Assembly (NCBI GenBank): GCA_038087875.1
Contig: CM075987.1
Coordinates: forward strand, 19,408,001 to 19,472,000
DNA length: 64,000 nucleotides
Origin: Malacoraja senta
Lineage: Eukaryota
Reading direction: 5' to 3'
The notes beneath the pieces are model-generated. The model made no database searches and had not been told where the DNA came from. It saw nothing but the letters and a program-made list of their open reading frames with translations. Of this stretch, positions 61,392 through 64,000 are shown one piece after another. Position numbers and translations under genes: made by a program. Every line of letters starts with the position of its first letter. Within the stretch, counting starts at the first letter, position 1.

Positions 61392-63344
61392 CTAAGGAGG
61401 TTAAAAATTCAAAATGATCAGCAATTAAAAGCCGATTGCAATGCTTGCATCTACTACACACATTATATGAACAAACCTTAAACTGCATTGATATGAATCA
61501 ATTATATTTTTGTGTCAATATTATCTAACATAACATTTCCTGCTCATTTTTTCTATGCCAACTATCATATGTTTCAGGATCTGGCTATCAGATGACTATC
61601 ATGAACCCAGATTTGTGCAGGGATTCTCTTAACATGTTACCATCTTGTACATATGCATGTCTTGGTAAATTTACTGGCACTGGTGAATTTACTGGTGGAT
61701 ACAAATTTATAAAGTAAATTCCATTACTACAGTCTGTACTGATCTATACTCTCGTCTTTTCTGCCTGGCTGCATTGAGGTGTTTGTCCATTGTTCTTAAT
61801 GCTATTCTCATCACACAGAGTAATGCTGCATTAAAGATGCCATCAGCCACGATACTTAAACCCTTTTAAAGAGCTGTCTACTCAATTCCATGTCCACGCC
61901 CTTTACTCACTTAAACAAAAATGGACTATAGTAACAGTAGAATCCTCCATTCAAGGAAATAATTATATGCAAGTTGATATTGTGATTGTTCAGTAATGAA
62001 ATGCATCAAAAGAAAGTAGCTTAAACAAAAATGGACTATAGTAACAGTAGAATCCTCCATTTAGTGCTAGTTGGCTCCAAAAGTGCTAGTTTCTACCTAC
62101 TGTCAACATATTTATAGAGACACAAGGATGCTTGTAGATGCTTGAAACTGGAGCAAAGTGCTTCAACAACTCCGTGGATCAGGCAGCATCAATAGAGGGA
62201 ATGGACAGTTGATGTTTTGGGTCGAACTATGTTGATGTTTATTATGGACCCCATTCTTCTGCTTTCTTTTATGGGTGGAAGCTTGGAATTCTAAGATGGA
62301 GGATGTCTGTCATGAGTCTCCTACTCCTACTAAATGCTGTTCTCTGGACATCTACATTCTTTCAATAGCTTCCTCACAGTCCAATGGGCCAATGCAGATT
62401 TTCTTTTCCAGCCACTCAGCCAGCACTATTACTTCAATGAACGCAATTATATAAATGCAAAAAAATGACTGTAGTGAGAATGGCATGTCAAAAGTAGTTT
62501 ATTTTTCTTATTTGACTCCAATTACTTAATTTTCAAATGTGGCTGTATTACTGCATGTTTTTCTTGTGAACATTCCTTTCAAGTTATAAATATATAGATC
62601 TCTTGAAATGTTTGCTTTTGTTCCTGAATGGAAGGCTGAGTTTCAAATTAATTCTACTTTTCAGATAGTTAAATTATTAGTGACCAGATATTTGTTATTT
62701 GAAGTCCTCCACTGGCATCCCCGTGGCAATAAAAGTGTGATTGTCACATGAGTCAGTGCGGGGTGAATCACCAAGATAATGTGATAGGCAGCCTGTGGGC
62801 ATAGGAATAAAGGCCAGGTGAGTTTGCTGAGGGCCTTTGCTGAGGGCTATAGTTGCTGCTGCCTCAGCTGTTGGAAAGCTGCCTGGATCCTAACAATCCT
62901 CTCATTAGCTCCTGTTGGATGGAGGGAGCCGCAGTTTCCCCTCTCTTCGTGTTTGGCCGCACAGCTTTCCACCACCTGGAGATTTCCCCATGGCAACCGC
63001 AATACTGGTCGTTGGTCGTTTACCATTGAGAAATCTCTGGGCTGCAGACAGCAGTGCATTCCAACAAGGAGGATAACAGCAGCTTACATCACACCCATCT
63101 AGATGAGAGAGACCATGGCAGAAGATGTATGTGCCGGCAACACCTGCACTCAACATGCGGATCAAGATGCAGCTCCCAGTCTTGCATCTCACTGTAGCAC
63201 AGCTCACACTCAACCAACCCAACGCTAGCTCACAGGGACATTGTGGTGAACAATTCTCTCACTGGTCTGTGGGAGCACTATTGGGGTTGTTTCTCAACCA
63301 GGTTTCAGGCCGGTGTATAGAACCACAAGAAGGAAAAGTGTTTT

Positions 63345-63630
63345 GATTGATTGAAAGACACAGCATGGAAATAGGCTCTTCAGCCCACTGAGTTCACGCT
63401 GACCATCTATCACCCATTCACACTAGTTCTACGTTATCCCACTTTCTGATCCACCACCTGCACACTAGGGGTCATTTACACATCTTTAGGATGCGGGAGG
63501 AAACTAGAGCACCTGAAGGAAACTCATGTAGTCACAGGGAGGACACGCAAACTCCACACAGACAGAACTCACAGTCAGGATCGAACCCAGGTTTCTGGTG
63601 GTATGAGGCAGCAACTCTAGCAGTTGTGCC
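63345..63630 (-). mobile_element. HE1-like SINE
   Basis: Reverse-complement match to 24702-24995; another partial copy at ~63795-63950. Confidence 0.72.
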
Positions 63631-64000
63631 AACCTCAAGCTCCCAGAAACCGGTATTCGACACAAAGCATACAGCAGCTGAGGGGCAATGAGTCATGCTC
63701 GATCAATGGCACAGTAGCGTGCAGCACACAGGTATACACTTTTATATATAGAAGTTTGCAGACCAAGTTTGCAATAGAAGTCTAGCTGTAAGTATTTAGT
63801 TTAGAGATACAGCATGGAAACAGGCCCGTCAGCCCAATTAGTTCACAAGCAAACTTGTGTCAACTTGCTTGCCCCTTCATACAAGTTCTATGTTATCCAA
63901 TTTTCTCATCAACTTGCTACAGATTTGGGGCAAATTTACAGACGCCATAACATTTCAGCGCTCCACAGGATTGCACTGTACATAAAGTGTCAAAACACAT

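Noticed and set aside
62700..63345. Possible upstream USP20 exon or small gene
   Set aside because: None of the listed ORFs resembles USP20 or another protein I know; probably an old repeat or regulatory DNA.

Overview
Eukaryotic vertebrate DNA, not prokaryotic. The repeat content (HE1-like tRNA SINEs, CR1/HER1-like LINE tails, many Penelope pLTR fragments) suggests a cartilaginous fish, probably a skate or ray; that is an inference. The right third holds the last eight coding exons of USP20 on the minus strand (61391 to 50079). All have GT-AG boundaries and stay in phase. A probable intron follows the stop codon, then a long non-coding terminal exon (~45547 to ~40840). I recognised no host gene in the left ~40 kb. 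It is a patchwork of transposons with several TAAT-rich, repeat-free blocks that look like conserved enhancers. Notable elements: a very young Ty3/Gypsy (Mag-like) retrotransposon with apparently identical LTRs, nested in a Harbinger-like MITE; an older, internally deleted Gypsy element; a Passport-like Tc1 with an open DD34E ORF in a USP20 intron; a Penelope insertion with a 12-bp TSD; many Penelope-derived copies carrying a minimal hammerhead-ribozyme core; two CpG-rich non-coding retroposons sharing compensated hairpins; and an unclassified ~1-kb TIR element. All comparisons were made by eye, and family names come from recalled motifs, not database searches.
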